NCBI GenBank assembly: GCA_965198455.1
Contig: CBDAPM010000003.1
Coordinates: 862,801-926,800 of the forward strand
DNA: 64,000 nucleotides
Source of the DNA: Terriglobus sp.
GTDB taxonomy: Bacteria; Acidobacteriota; Terriglobia; Terriglobales; Acidobacteriaceae
Direction: 5' to 3'
Each line of letters starts with the position of its first letter. The stretch's first letter is position 1. Below are positions 20,679 to 29,395 of this stretch, in pieces. The position numbers and the translations under genes were made by a program. The notes beneath the pieces were generated by a model. The model was given only the letters and a program-made list of their open reading frames with translations. It did not search any database and was not told the origin of the DNA.

Positions 20679-21650
20679 ATGCTTGGTCTTCGTTTGTTTG
20701 CTGGTCTTTTTGCAGTCTCACTGATTCGGGTTATCGCCGGTAAACAGGAGCCGCATACCAAGGAAGAAAGTGTTCCCTTTGTCATCCGGGACATCTCCGG
20801 CCCACGCCCGTTCGTCATGGCTCAACTGAACGGCAAGCCCTTCGAGATGATGGTCCACAGCGGTGCCAGCTTTTACGCCCAGACGGATCACGCCCGTGCG
20901 AAATCCATAGGAATTACCCCCGTGACCAGCGACAGCAATTATGGCATCAGCGCAGTGGGACACGTGAGCTCTCTTGGGAAGGGTCAAGCTATATTGGACT
21001 CGCTGGTGGTGGGAGCCTCCGTTTCAAGCCGGGTGCCAATCTCAATCTTCGAAGTGCCCGTTCCCTCGATGGAGGGCATGCTTGGAAGAAAGTGGCTCAT
21101 CGAGAACTCAGTGATAGTGGATTTCGAAACCCGTCGCTTAATCTTCCCTTCGTCACATGACTCTGCACTTGGGCAAGACGCATTTCTTGTAGCTCATGGG
21201 TACTCTCCGCATCGGATGATGGAGGGAGCGGAATCTGGTGGCCGTTCCTTGGTATCCGTATCTGTGAACGGTACGGTCGGCCTCTTTCTGGTAAGCACTG
21301 TCGCTAACACTGTTGTCGACGTCCGGTTTGCCAACCGTGCCGGGATAGCGCATTCCGCCACCGGAGAAGCATTCGGTGGACCAACGGGAACAACCGGCGC
21401 CACCGACCGAAGCAAAAGGGCGCTGAGTTTTTTGCTCGACGGACAAGTCATGAGGAAGGTGACGCCTGAGGTTTTCGATACATTCGCTTACGATGGGCAA
21501 GGTCGATCAAAATCTGTAGCGGGCCAGACAGTGGGTTCCTTGGGAGCTGACTTCATGCTGGCGAACCATGCGGTAATTGATTTCGCAACCGGGACGCTTC
21601 TGGTCCGGCGTCGCATCAAATCGGTCTTGCGCGCGGAGAGAGACTTTTAA
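20679..21650 (+). CDS. exported tandem retropepsin-like (aspartic-protease-fold) protein with degenerate active sites
   Basis: Two repeats fit the pattern xLNGxxxxxx-(D-T-G-A-S)...GMLGxxWL...VIVDF/VIDF. The first has HSGAS (MMVHSGAS) and the second has STVAN where DTGA is expected. Confidence 0.5.
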   Translation: MLGLRLFAGLFAVSLIRVIAGKQEPHTKEESVPFVIRDISGPRPFVMAQLNGKPFEMMVHSGASFYAQTDHARAKSIGITPVTSDSNYGISAVGHVSSLGKGQAILDSLVVGASVSSRVPISIFEVPVPSMEGMLGRKWLIENSVIVDFETRRLIFPSSHDSALGQDAFLVAHGYSPHRMMEGAESGGRSLVSVSVNGTVGLFLVSTVANTVVDVRFANRAGIAHSATGEAFGGPTGTTGATDRSKRALSFLLDGQVMRKVTPEVFDTFAYDGQGRSKSVAGQTVGSLGADFMLANHAVIDFATGTLLVRRRIKSVLRAERDF

Positions 21651-21719
21651 TCGACGACCGCATCGGCCTGGAACTTATCCATCCAAACGGGGAAGCAAGC
21701 CAGCTCTTCGGTAGGGAAG

Positions 21720-22358
21720 TTACTTCTCACAAGCCGGCGCAATGCGCTCGTAGAACTGGCTGCCAATCTGGCGGTCGAGCTGCCGAACGGATCATCCGGA
21801 GCGCAACGCTTCGGCTTCGTAGAATTGGCGAGCCTCTTGGTTTCTCACCGAGAGCAGTCGTACATAGGCGCACCATGGTAACGGGAAGCGGTTCGCGACG
21901 GCGGTGAAGTCCGATATGGTCGATCCCGCGGCAGGGTGAGCAAATTGTCCAGACGGTGTCTGGAGAATGTTCCTCTCGGGCCAGGTTCGATAAAAACCGC
22001 TCATCTGCCAGAGATTGGCTCTGCCGAACCCGCGTCCGAAACGCCGCGTGAGGTCCTTGGCGAGTTGCTCCACCAGCTTCTCACCGTATTCCGCCCAGTT
22101 CTCTCCTCGCATCTCAGATTCAACGATGCGCCTTCCGATTTCCCAATACGTCGCGGTCATGACCGCGTTAATGCTGCGCGCTGACGCGACACGAGCGGCT
22201 TGCAACAAATCGACGATGCCGTTGCGAACATAGGCGTAGTCCGCATCTGGTCTGTCCAGCTTCTGCTCAGCCCTATCCAGGTCCATCCCAATCCATTTCA
22301 TTGATTGCACTCCGCTGGTTTCGCCAACCAGGGGAGACGTGCCGACTGCGCTAAACAA
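21720..22358 (-). pseudogene. DUF1016/YhcG-family (PDDEXK nuclease) gene remnant with nonsense codon and 3' truncation
   Basis: N-terminal YhcG-like sequence (AVMTATYWEIGRRIVESE...GFGRANLWQMSGFY...EARQFYEAEALRSG). An in-frame TGA (21792-21794) then occupies the position where family members have Trp. The frame continues SVRQLDRQIGSQFYERIA and ends, so the nuclease domain is missing. Confidence 0.7.
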
Positions 22359-22512
22359 AAGTAGTGGTGAGCTGGTCCGCTACGACCCAGCTCACCCGCC
22401 CTAAAAGTTTGTGTCAAAGGCCGCCGATTAGGTCCGTTTTGCCGGTTCTTTCGGTTGCTAACTACTTACTGTCGATAACTTAGCGTTTTGCAAGTTCCGT
22501 GGCATGGAGGCG

Positions 22513-23754
22513 TCAAGCCCACAGGCAAGATATAGGAGCGGCGAATAGGCGGTCCCCGAAAGGGACCACCTTCGTTCCGTCGTACATTACGATTCCAACT
22601 TTCAGGTCATCACCACAAATGTCCAACAGCTTCCTGATCCCTTTGAAGTCGCTCGCATGGACGGTTGCGCTTGCTTTGACCTCAACACCGACTAGTGCGC
22701 CGTGTTCATCCTCTACGACGATGTCAATCTCATCCTGATCCTTATCCCGATAGTGATGGAGCGTATAGCCTTCGTCGGACCATGTGATCTGCTTCATGAC
22801 TTCGGCAAATACAAATGTTTCCAGCAACGCACCAAACGTGGAGCGGTCCTTTGCTATCTGCGCAGTAGTCAATGCCAGCAAGGTGGCGAGCAACCCCGAG
22901 TCGACGAAATGTAGTTTTGGGGTCTTGATCAGTCGCTTCAGTTCATTGCGGAACCACGGGGATACCCGCTGCACGAGAAAGAGCTGTTCAAGGATGCCGG
23001 TGTATTTTCTTGTCGTCTTGTCGTCCATCCCGATCTGTCCGCCGATTTGAGTGAAGTTGGTAAGTTGCCCGGACTGGTGGGCGAGTGCCTGGAGTAACCG
23101 CGGCAACTGATCCAGCTTCTCTACTTCCGCGATATCCCGCACATCCCTCTGTACGATCGCCTTCACATAGTCGCGCGCCCAAGCCTGACGTCGCCGGGAG
23201 TCTTCTCTTCGCAGCATCTCAGGGTAGCCGCCTACCAGCACCGCATGGACAAGCTGATCGCCCTCGATGTCCGGCCCCGGCTTCACCAACTTGCCATCGA
23301 ATGCCATCTTCAGAAAGGTGGGCTCTTTGCCGAGTATTTCGGCTCTGGAAATCGGCATCAGATTTACGATTTCCATGCGGCCTGCAAGGCTCTCGGACAC
23401 CTGAGGAAGAGTGAGAATGTTGGCAGATCCCGTTAGCAGGAAACGGCCTGCCCTGCGGTCGTTATCAACGGATCGTTTTATGGCTCTCAGAAGTTCCGGG
23501 GCTCTTTGCACTTCGTCGACGGTTACCAGATCGAATCCACGCACAAAGCCAGCGGGGTCGTTGCGAGCGGCTTCAAGCACCGTGTCGTCATCCAAAGTCA
23601 CATACTCGCGGTTCTTATCGGCGAACTGTTGGACAAGCGTCGTCTTGCCGCACTGTCGTGGTCCTATCAGCATGACCACGGGAGTGTCAGTAAGGGCGGT
23701 GGCCACGCGTCGGGCTGCGAATCTCTGTACGAACTGGAAATTGGCGTCGGCCAT
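22513..23754 (-). CDS. AAA-type ATPase with C-terminal DUF4143 / restriction-endonuclease-like domain (COG1373-like)
   Basis: Walker A GPRQCGKTT, Walker B VTVDEVQ, C-terminal DEIDIVVEDEHGALVGVEVK (PD-(D/E)xK-like). Confidence 0.85.
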   Translation of the reverse strand: MADANFQFVQRFAARRVATALTDTPVVMLIGPRQCGKTTLVQQFADKNREYVTLDDDTVLEAARNDPAGFVRGFDLVTVDEVQRAPELLRAIKRSVDNDRRAGRFLLTGSANILTLPQVSESLAGRMEIVNLMPISRAEILGKEPTFLKMAFDGKLVKPGPDIEGDQLVHAVLVGGYPEMLRREDSRRRQAWARDYVKAIVQRDVRDIAEVEKLDQLPRLLQALAHQSGQLTNFTQIGGQIGMDDKTTRKYTGILEQLFLVQRVSPWFRNELKRLIKTPKLHFVDSGLLATLLALTTAQIAKDRSTFGALLETFVFAEVMKQITWSDEGYTLHHYRDKDQDEIDIVVEDEHGALVGVEVKASATVHASDFKGIRKLLDICGDDLKVGIVMYDGTKVVPFGDRLFAAPISCLWA

Positions 23755-24046
23755 CTCGGATTATTGTATCGTCTAATCCGGATCTAATTCCCGTCCGATT
23801 CGGATTAAGGACCCGGCCAAACCGGAAGGGTTGAAAGGCTGCCGCCCCAACCCCGGCAACCAATCTTTACAAATTCTACGGGGATTTTGCCTTCATCCAG
23901 AACTACGGCACCCCCCTAAATACTGGACCGACGTACAAATAGCGTACACATAAGAAGCGAAATGAGCCCAAATGGTCCCATTCAAGCCCAAAGCCATTTC
24001 CCGTAAAACCCATCCCTTCAACAACTTCCATTGATTCCAAACCGCT

Positions 24047-24112
24047 TAGCATACTTGGAAGGCAGCCCTGAAAAGGCCGGCGTCGGCGGTTCGATCCCGT
24101 CTCTGGCCACCA
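24047..24112 (+). pseudogene. truncated tRNA-Phe(GAA) remnant (5' acceptor strand missing)
   Basis: TA-GCATACTTGGAAGGCA (D-arm-like), anticodon loop CTGAAAA, GTC-GGCGG-TTCGATC-CCGTC T-arm, TCTGGCC-A-CCA 3' end. No complement (GGCCAGA) occurs upstream, and the anticodon stem 5' strand is 2 nt short relative to canonical tRNA-Phe. Confidence 0.65.
24091..24112 (+). repeat. direct repeat copy 1 (tRNA-Phe 3' end; att-like)
   Basis: TCGATCCCGTCTCTGGCCACCA matches 30104..30125 at 21/22 positions in the same orientation. Confidence 0.8.
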
Positions 24113-24227
24113 CCACCGTTACACACAGTTGATTCATCGAAAACCGGCCCAATGCCGCCATTTGGGCAGCTTTAGCTCCGACTTCCTTCGTGGAGCGACG
24201 AGGCAAAGCTTTAGCCTCTAACGGATC

Positions 24228-25059
24228 TCAGCCGGGCAATGCGTCTTGAACGGACTCCGCGATGTAGCTCTTCATCGCCTGGTTCAACTGCGAATCCACT
24301 TCATCGGCAATCGTCATAACACCCAGGAGCAGGACACTGAAGTCAATCGTCCCCAGGTTTTTTTGCAATGTATGGAAGATCGTCACCTGGAGAATGCGGC
24401 TTTCTTCGACCATCATGGCGGCGGTGTAATTTTGTCTGCGACGAGCGAGCCCGTGAGCTGAGGCGGCTTCAGACTTCAGCTCCTTAGTCCCAAGCGGCTT
24501 CAAAGACCCCAGCCGTCTTGCAAGATCGCGAAAGAGCTGGGGCAGGTGCTCGCAACGTAATTCGCGGCTGAGTGGAACTGCTATCAAATCATCTTCTTGT
24601 TCTAACCCACTCATACCACTCACGAATCGCCTCTTCTCTCGTGCGTTCGAGAATGGTGGCGAGAGTTTCAATCTTGCGCTTTTGAAGCGGTCCCTTGGCA
24701 AGACGCTGCGTGATCGCGGCGATCAGGTCAGGAACGTTCATGGGCTTGACGAGGATTTCGTCGGTTTGGAGCAAAATCGCGTTGGCCGCAGCGGACATTT
24801 CAGGAAACGAACTCAGCAGCAAAGTCACAGCCTCTGGATTGGCATGGCGCATCGCACTCACAACAGTCAATCCGTCACCGGCATGAGGCATATGCAGATC
24901 GCTCAATAGAACATCGAAGTTTTGTGAGCTGATCAGCCTCAATGCTTCTTTTGCGTCAGCCGCGGCAGTCGCCTCGAAACCATGCTTCTCAAGAATGGTG
25001 CAAAGACTCAAACGGATCGGTTCGCTATCGTCAACTACAAGTACCCTCGCCAACGCCAT
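24228..25059 (-). pseudogene. response regulator (receiver + RsbRD_N-like C-terminal domain) split by a frameshift
   Basis: Receiver domain (VLVVDDSEPIR...DVLLSDLHMPHAGDG...LVKP) runs into ...ILERTREEAIREWYEWV and stops at TGA. The continuation EQEDDLIAVPLSRELRCEHLPQLFRDLARRL lies in another frame (track ORF 24228..24701). The 832-nt span is not a multiple of 3. GGAGG lies before ATG 25059. Confidence 0.6.
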
Positions 25060-25368
25060 TGAACCTCCAAGTGGTCGCAGACGAGTGTCCGAGTGTCCCC
25101 AGCTAGCTTGAGCATACGCTTTGTCGCATAAGTTACACATTTAAGTTAGGATGAAGCGCGAAACTTAGGCAAAGAGAGTTCCGGAGGGTCAAACGGTACC
25201 ATCAACAATCCGGCATTATTGGAGCACTGAGCAAAGCTTTCATTCGCGCTCGAACAACAGCCCGGTGAACCAAGGCAGCGGACTTACTACAAGTACAAAG
25301 GACAATGTTCTGCGCTATGGACGGCTAGCGCAGAATGTATCTTATGGAATCCAGAACCCGGTGCCGTC

Positions 25369-26114
25369 TTGCAAATCGAAGAAACGCTGCAACTGGCCGC
25401 CGAGACGGCTGGCATCGGCACCTGGCATCTGTCCTTACCTGAGAGCGAACTTAGCAGTTCTCCCAAATGTAAAGAGGTCTTCGGTCTCTCTGCTGACGCT
25501 CCATTCCGATACGAAGATTTCCTCTCAGTGGTGCATCCCGATGACCGATCGTTGGTTGAGGCAACGGTAGCCCCCGCTCTCGACCCGCAAGGAACAGGAA
25601 GCGCCATTGGACGCGGCACTGTCTTTGAGCTTTCCCTCGATGGAGGAGAGGAAAGAGTGTCGGATAGGCAAGAAGAAACTAAATCGTACTGACCAGACCG
25701 CCGCAGGTTAGTTAAGAGTAAGTGCATAAAGGAGCACAAGACTATCTAACCTCTACGCTCGCTAGCAGCCAATTTCCGATTCGGACCATCAAGAAGTGAA
25801 ACACGAGATCAGCATGTCCGGGCTCAAGGACCGTTCATAGTGTCGGAGGATAAAGTCGCGTGCCGGTATCGCCTATATTGGGGCGTCAGGAGAACATATC
25901 GACCCGCTTCCTCTGATGATCACGGATATCGTGATGTCTGGGTTTAGCGGGTCTGTACTCACGGAAGGTCTTGCAACCATCAGGCCGGAGACCAAAGTGC
26001 TGTATACCTCGGGATACGCCGACGACGAAACTGTTCAGCTGAATGTGCGCGGAAGAAATGATGTACAGAGAGCGCATTCTGGCAAGAGTTAGCCCACATA
26101 TCCTGAAAAGCTAA
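25369..26114 (+). pseudogene. hybrid sensor histidine kinase remnant (PAS fragment, HATPase tail, receiver fragment)
   Basis: AAETAGIGTWHL...FRYEDFLSVVHPDDRSLVEATV (PAS) is joined directly to GRGTVFELSL (end of HATPase_c). A receiver C-terminal half follows in another frame at ~25890-26110 (LMITDIVMSGFSGSVLTEGLATIRPETKVLYTSGYADDE). No HisKA domain is present. Confidence 0.6.
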
Positions 26115-26276
26115 GAAACAGCAAAGAATCCATGTATCCGCATGAGCGCTCCCGTCAAAGAAGCCTATAGTGGACACACTGATTCGGTTCTCGAGGACCG
26201 CTTCCACTTCCGAATTCCATCTAGATAACTCCTGTATGACCTCGAGGGCCGCCTGCTTGGCTGAGAGGTTTCCGAA

Positions 26277-26738
26277 ATGGTCTCACTCGTTCACTGCATC
26301 TACGCAAGCACGGCTACGCGTCCCTTCAGCGAGGCTCAACTTGCAACCCTGATCCAGGGTGCCCGTGTGAAAAATCAGGGTCTCGGTGTGACAGGAATTC
26401 TTGTCTATATGTCCGGTCGATTCTTTCAAATACTGGAAGGCGAAGCGGCAGTGATTGAACAACTATATGCCGCAATCGAGGGCGATCAGCGTCACAAGGA
26501 AGTGACGCGAATCATATTCGAGTCCATTCATGCGCGCGAATTCCGGGATTGGTCCATGAGTTTGATCGATCTTTCCGGGGACAAGCTTCGCCAACTCGTC
26601 CTGCTGGCCGATCCGACAAGCGGGATGCTGTCAGTCTCACAGCTTCCCAACGGGCGCGCAAAGAAACTGTTGCTGGCCTTTTGCGAGGGACGTTGGGGAC
26701 TGACCTTGGCTGACCTCGCGGTGAAATCGACGATATGA
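26277..26738 (+). CDS. BLUF-domain blue-light FAD photoreceptor (short, stand-alone)
   Basis: LVHCIYASTA (Tyr), GVTGILVYMSGRFFQILEG (Gln), DQRH, FRDWSMS (Trp/Met): all canonical BLUF signature positions. Confidence 0.9.
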   Translation: MVSLVHCIYASTATRPFSEAQLATLIQGARVKNQGLGVTGILVYMSGRFFQILEGEAAVIEQLYAAIEGDQRHKEVTRIIFESIHAREFRDWSMSLIDLSGDKLRQLVLLADPTSGMLSVSQLPNGRAKKLLLAFCEGRWGLTLADLAVKSTI

Positions 26739-27532
26739 GCGCAAAACGTTCCCATGTCGTAGAGATCTCAGAGCCGGCACGGCTTTCCGCAGAGCAGGCG
26801 GCGGGAAAACCCATCAGTTTCGCATTCCAACCCATCGTCGATGCAAAGACCCATGAAATCCTGTCGTACGAAGCTTTGGTACGTGGCTCGGCCGGCAATG
26901 AAACAGCAGCTCAAATCTTCGAGCAGATTGCTCCGACCGATCTCAACCTTTTCGACCAGCGCTGCCGAACCACGGCAATCGACTTGGCCGTGAAGCTAAA
27001 AATTCCTTGCAATCTCAACTTGAATATCCTCGCCAATAGCAGGTATTCGCCCGAGAGGAGAATCCGGACAACGTTTGAGGCTGCAAATCGTGGAGGCCTC
27101 CCTTTGGATTGCATCGTGCTGGAGGTTTCGGAGAGTCAGATCGTCCACGATCCTTCAGAGTTCGCGAGGATGGTGAATCTGTATCAAGGCATGGGTTTCA
27201 AAATGGCAATCGACGATTTCGGTGCAGGCTACGCCGGCTTAAGTCTCTTGGCCGACTTCCAACCTAATCAGATCAAGATCGACAGAGGCCTCATTCACCA
27301 CATCGAAAGTCGAGGCCCACGGCAGGTTATCGTTCGTGCCGTCATACAAGTGTGCCGCGACCTTGGAATCGATCTTGTCGCCGAAGGTGTCGAAACCACG
27401 GAGCAATATGCGTGGCTGGCCAGCGAGGGCGTCCGCTACTTTCAGGGTTACCTTTTCGGACATCCAGCTTTCGAAACTCTGGAGACACCATCGTACGGCC
27501 ATATCTTGCCCGCTTCTGGGGAACCCACTTAA
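26735..27532 (+). CDS. EAL-domain c-di-GMP phosphodiesterase (stand-alone)
   Basis: FQPIV, YEALVRG, NLNILAN, LEVSES, DDFGAGYAGLS, KIDRGLI, EGVET, QGYLFGHP: a full catalytic EAL motif set. ATGA start/stop overlap with the BLUF gene. Confidence 0.9.
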   Translation: MSAKRSHVVEISEPARLSAEQAAGKPISFAFQPIVDAKTHEILSYEALVRGSAGNETAAQIFEQIAPTDLNLFDQRCRTTAIDLAVKLKIPCNLNLNILANSRYSPERRIRTTFEAANRGGLPLDCIVLEVSESQIVHDPSEFARMVNLYQGMGFKMAIDDFGAGYAGLSLLADFQPNQIKIDRGLIHHIESRGPRQVIVRAVIQVCRDLGIDLVAEGVETTEQYAWLASEGVRYFQGYLFGHPAFETLETPSYGHILPASGEPT

Positions 27533-27592
27533 GGTTGTCAACAGACGACCTAAAGGCATCCCTGCCCGGCGTTTGCCTGACGACTGAATTTC

Positions 27593-28045
27593 TCAGAACT
27601 TTGCGATGAGGCTGATTCCGCCAACCAGCAGGACGCCACCTACTATCCGACCAACGTTCAGCGGATGGGCCTGCATTCTGAACCACCCAAAATAGTCGAT
27701 CAGTAGCGAAGTGATCAGCGCAGCGGTCACAGTAAACCCGACGAATGGTCCTGCGCCCACTTTATTGACCAGCGTAAGGCCAGCATAGACCTGCACTGCT
27801 CCTACCAAGCCGCCAACGACTGCCCACCAAGGTAGTTCTGCCAAGTCCTTCTGAGTAGGCAGTGGGTGGGGATGGATCAACGAAGCGCCAGCGAAAAAGA
27901 AGGTAATGAGCGCAAATGAAATAGCCGAAGCAAGCCACGGGTTGACGACATGTTTGTTGAGGTGACCGTTCATCGCCGCACCGCAACTCTACAGCGCACC
28001 TCCGATGAGGATGAAGGGAATGATCCATCCGGCGTTCGCACTCAT
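27593..28045 (-). pseudogene. DMT-superfamily DUF606/YdcZ-like membrane protein with in-frame amber codon
   Basis: ATG 28045 (after AGAGGAGAG) gives MSANAGWIIPFILIGGAL-TAG-SCGAAMNGHLNKHVVNPWLASAISF... in one frame. The TAG at 27989-27991 sits where I recall this family having a conserved Gln. Confidence 0.6.
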
Positions 28046-28062
28046 AAGACTCTCCTCTGTGT

Positions 28063-29373
28063 TTAGTGTTTTCCGACCAGCATGTTCATCAAGATTGCTC
28101 CGCCGAGCGCGGCAAACAGCGCCACAGGCATTGCAACTACACCCACTTTCAAGAACTTCCAGAAACTCACGTCGAGTTTCTCTCCACCTGCGTCTCCACC
28201 CGAGTCCTTGCGAAGTGCAAGCAGCCACAGAATCGTGGCCAGCGAGCCGGTGACCGAGAGATTGGGCCCTAGATCCACACCGATCAGAACGGCATTGGCA
28301 ATCAATCCTTTTGTATGAGCGGCTTGAATCGTGCCCCCCGCAATCAGTCCCAACGGAAGGTTGTTCACGATATTGTTCGCTACGCCCACAACAAAGCCGA
28401 CAACGAGCGCACCGGCGTTCTGGCCCAAATGCGATGCACATGCAAGCCACTCTTGGGTCAGCTTCAAAGCTCCCTGACTCTCAACAGCATCGACCAAGAC
28501 AAACAGGCCGGCGACGAGCAGCAGCGTTGCCCAACTAATCTCGCGGGCAAGCCTGACGGGATTGCTTTTTGCCTTCACGGAGACGACTGCGGTGATCACC
28601 AGCGCAACAAGGCACGTCGGCAGTCCCAAATCTTTCTTCAGTGCTGAGGCCGTCAGAAGCACTGCAATCATCAGCGCGAGACCTGCGAGGACCCGCCGGC
28701 CGTTGCTGGTCAGCTTCACATCTTCTACCTCGCACTCGATGCTCTTGCAGAGATCGTCGCGAAACAGAAAGCGCATGACGAAAAATGTCACAAGGATCGA
28801 GAAAAGCGAGGGGATGCCGAAGTCCGCAAGCCATGTCCCCAAGGGGGGCATACCGGCGTGGAAGACGACCAGGTTGGCGGGATTTGAGATGGGGAGTACA
28901 AAGCTTGCGGCGTTTGCAATCAACGCGCAGACGAACAAGTACGGAAGCGGCGAGACTCTTGCCTTGCGTACTGCCGTCAGGATCGCCGGCGTCAACACAA
29001 CTGCGGTAGCATCGTTCGACATGAAAATCGTCACCAGCGTTCCCACTCCATAGACAAGCAGGAAGAGACGCGAGCAGCTGCCGTTGGCCCCGCGTACCGC
29101 GATTGAAGCCACCCAATCAAAGACGCCCTGTTCCCTCGCCAGCTCGCTGAGGAGCATCATGCCGATGAGGAACAGGTACACATCGCTGCCCTTTGCGACG
29201 GCCTGTCCGGCCAACTTCAGCGGCACAAGCCGCAACGCTATCAAAACAAGCGCTCCTCCTGAGACCCACCAGACTTCAGGGATTCCGCGCGGACGTGTCA
29301 GCATCAGAGCAATGCTGATGGCGACAATCAGCGGCAGAACAACGTGCCCGATCTCGGTAGTGATCATCACCAT
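28063..29373 (-). CDS. ArsB/NhaD-superfamily permease (arsenite-efflux-like)
   Basis: 436-aa polytopic protein with ...LFLIGMMLLSELAREQGVFDW...LTIFMSNDATAVVLTPA..., typical of ArsB/anion permease families. Confidence 0.8.
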   Translation of the reverse strand: MVMITTEIGHVVLPLIVAISIALMLTRPRGIPEVWWVSGGALVLIALRLVPLKLAGQAVAKGSDVYLFLIGMMLLSELAREQGVFDWVASIAVRGANGSCSRLFLLVYGVGTLVTIFMSNDATAVVLTPAILTAVRKARVSPLPYLFVCALIANAASFVLPISNPANLVVFHAGMPPLGTWLADFGIPSLFSILVTFFVMRFLFRDDLCKSIECEVEDVKLTSNGRRVLAGLALMIAVLLTASALKKDLGLPTCLVALVITAVVSVKAKSNPVRLAREISWATLLLVAGLFVLVDAVESQGALKLTQEWLACASHLGQNAGALVVGFVVGVANNIVNNLPLGLIAGGTIQAAHTKGLIANAVLIGVDLGPNLSVTGSLATILWLLALRKDSGGDAGGEKLDVSFWKFLKVGVVAMPVALFAALGGAILMNMLVGKH

Positions 29374-29395
29374 TTCTTTCCGTTCTTGTTCGGCC

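Noticed and set aside
23690-24112. Possibility that the tRNA-like 3' end belongs to a tmRNA
   Set aside because: No matching 5' acceptor strand (GGCCAGA) lies at a suitable distance. The only GGCCA is inside the ATPase CDS and mismatches. No tag-peptide reading frame is present, and the anticodon loop reads as a normal Phe GAA loop.
24018-24206. 62-aa minus-strand ORF across the tRNA remnant
   Set aside because: Its ARDGIEPPTPAFSG segment is simply the reverse translation of a tRNA T-arm/acceptor. It is not a gene.
27989-29116. ORFs 27989..28450 (-) and 28535..29116 (-) inside or beside the ArsB-like gene
   Set aside because: Apart from the last 19 codons of 27989..28450 (the true N-terminus of the DUF606 pseudogene), these are out-of-frame overlaps with the ArsB-like CDS and have Cys/Arg-rich nonsense composition.
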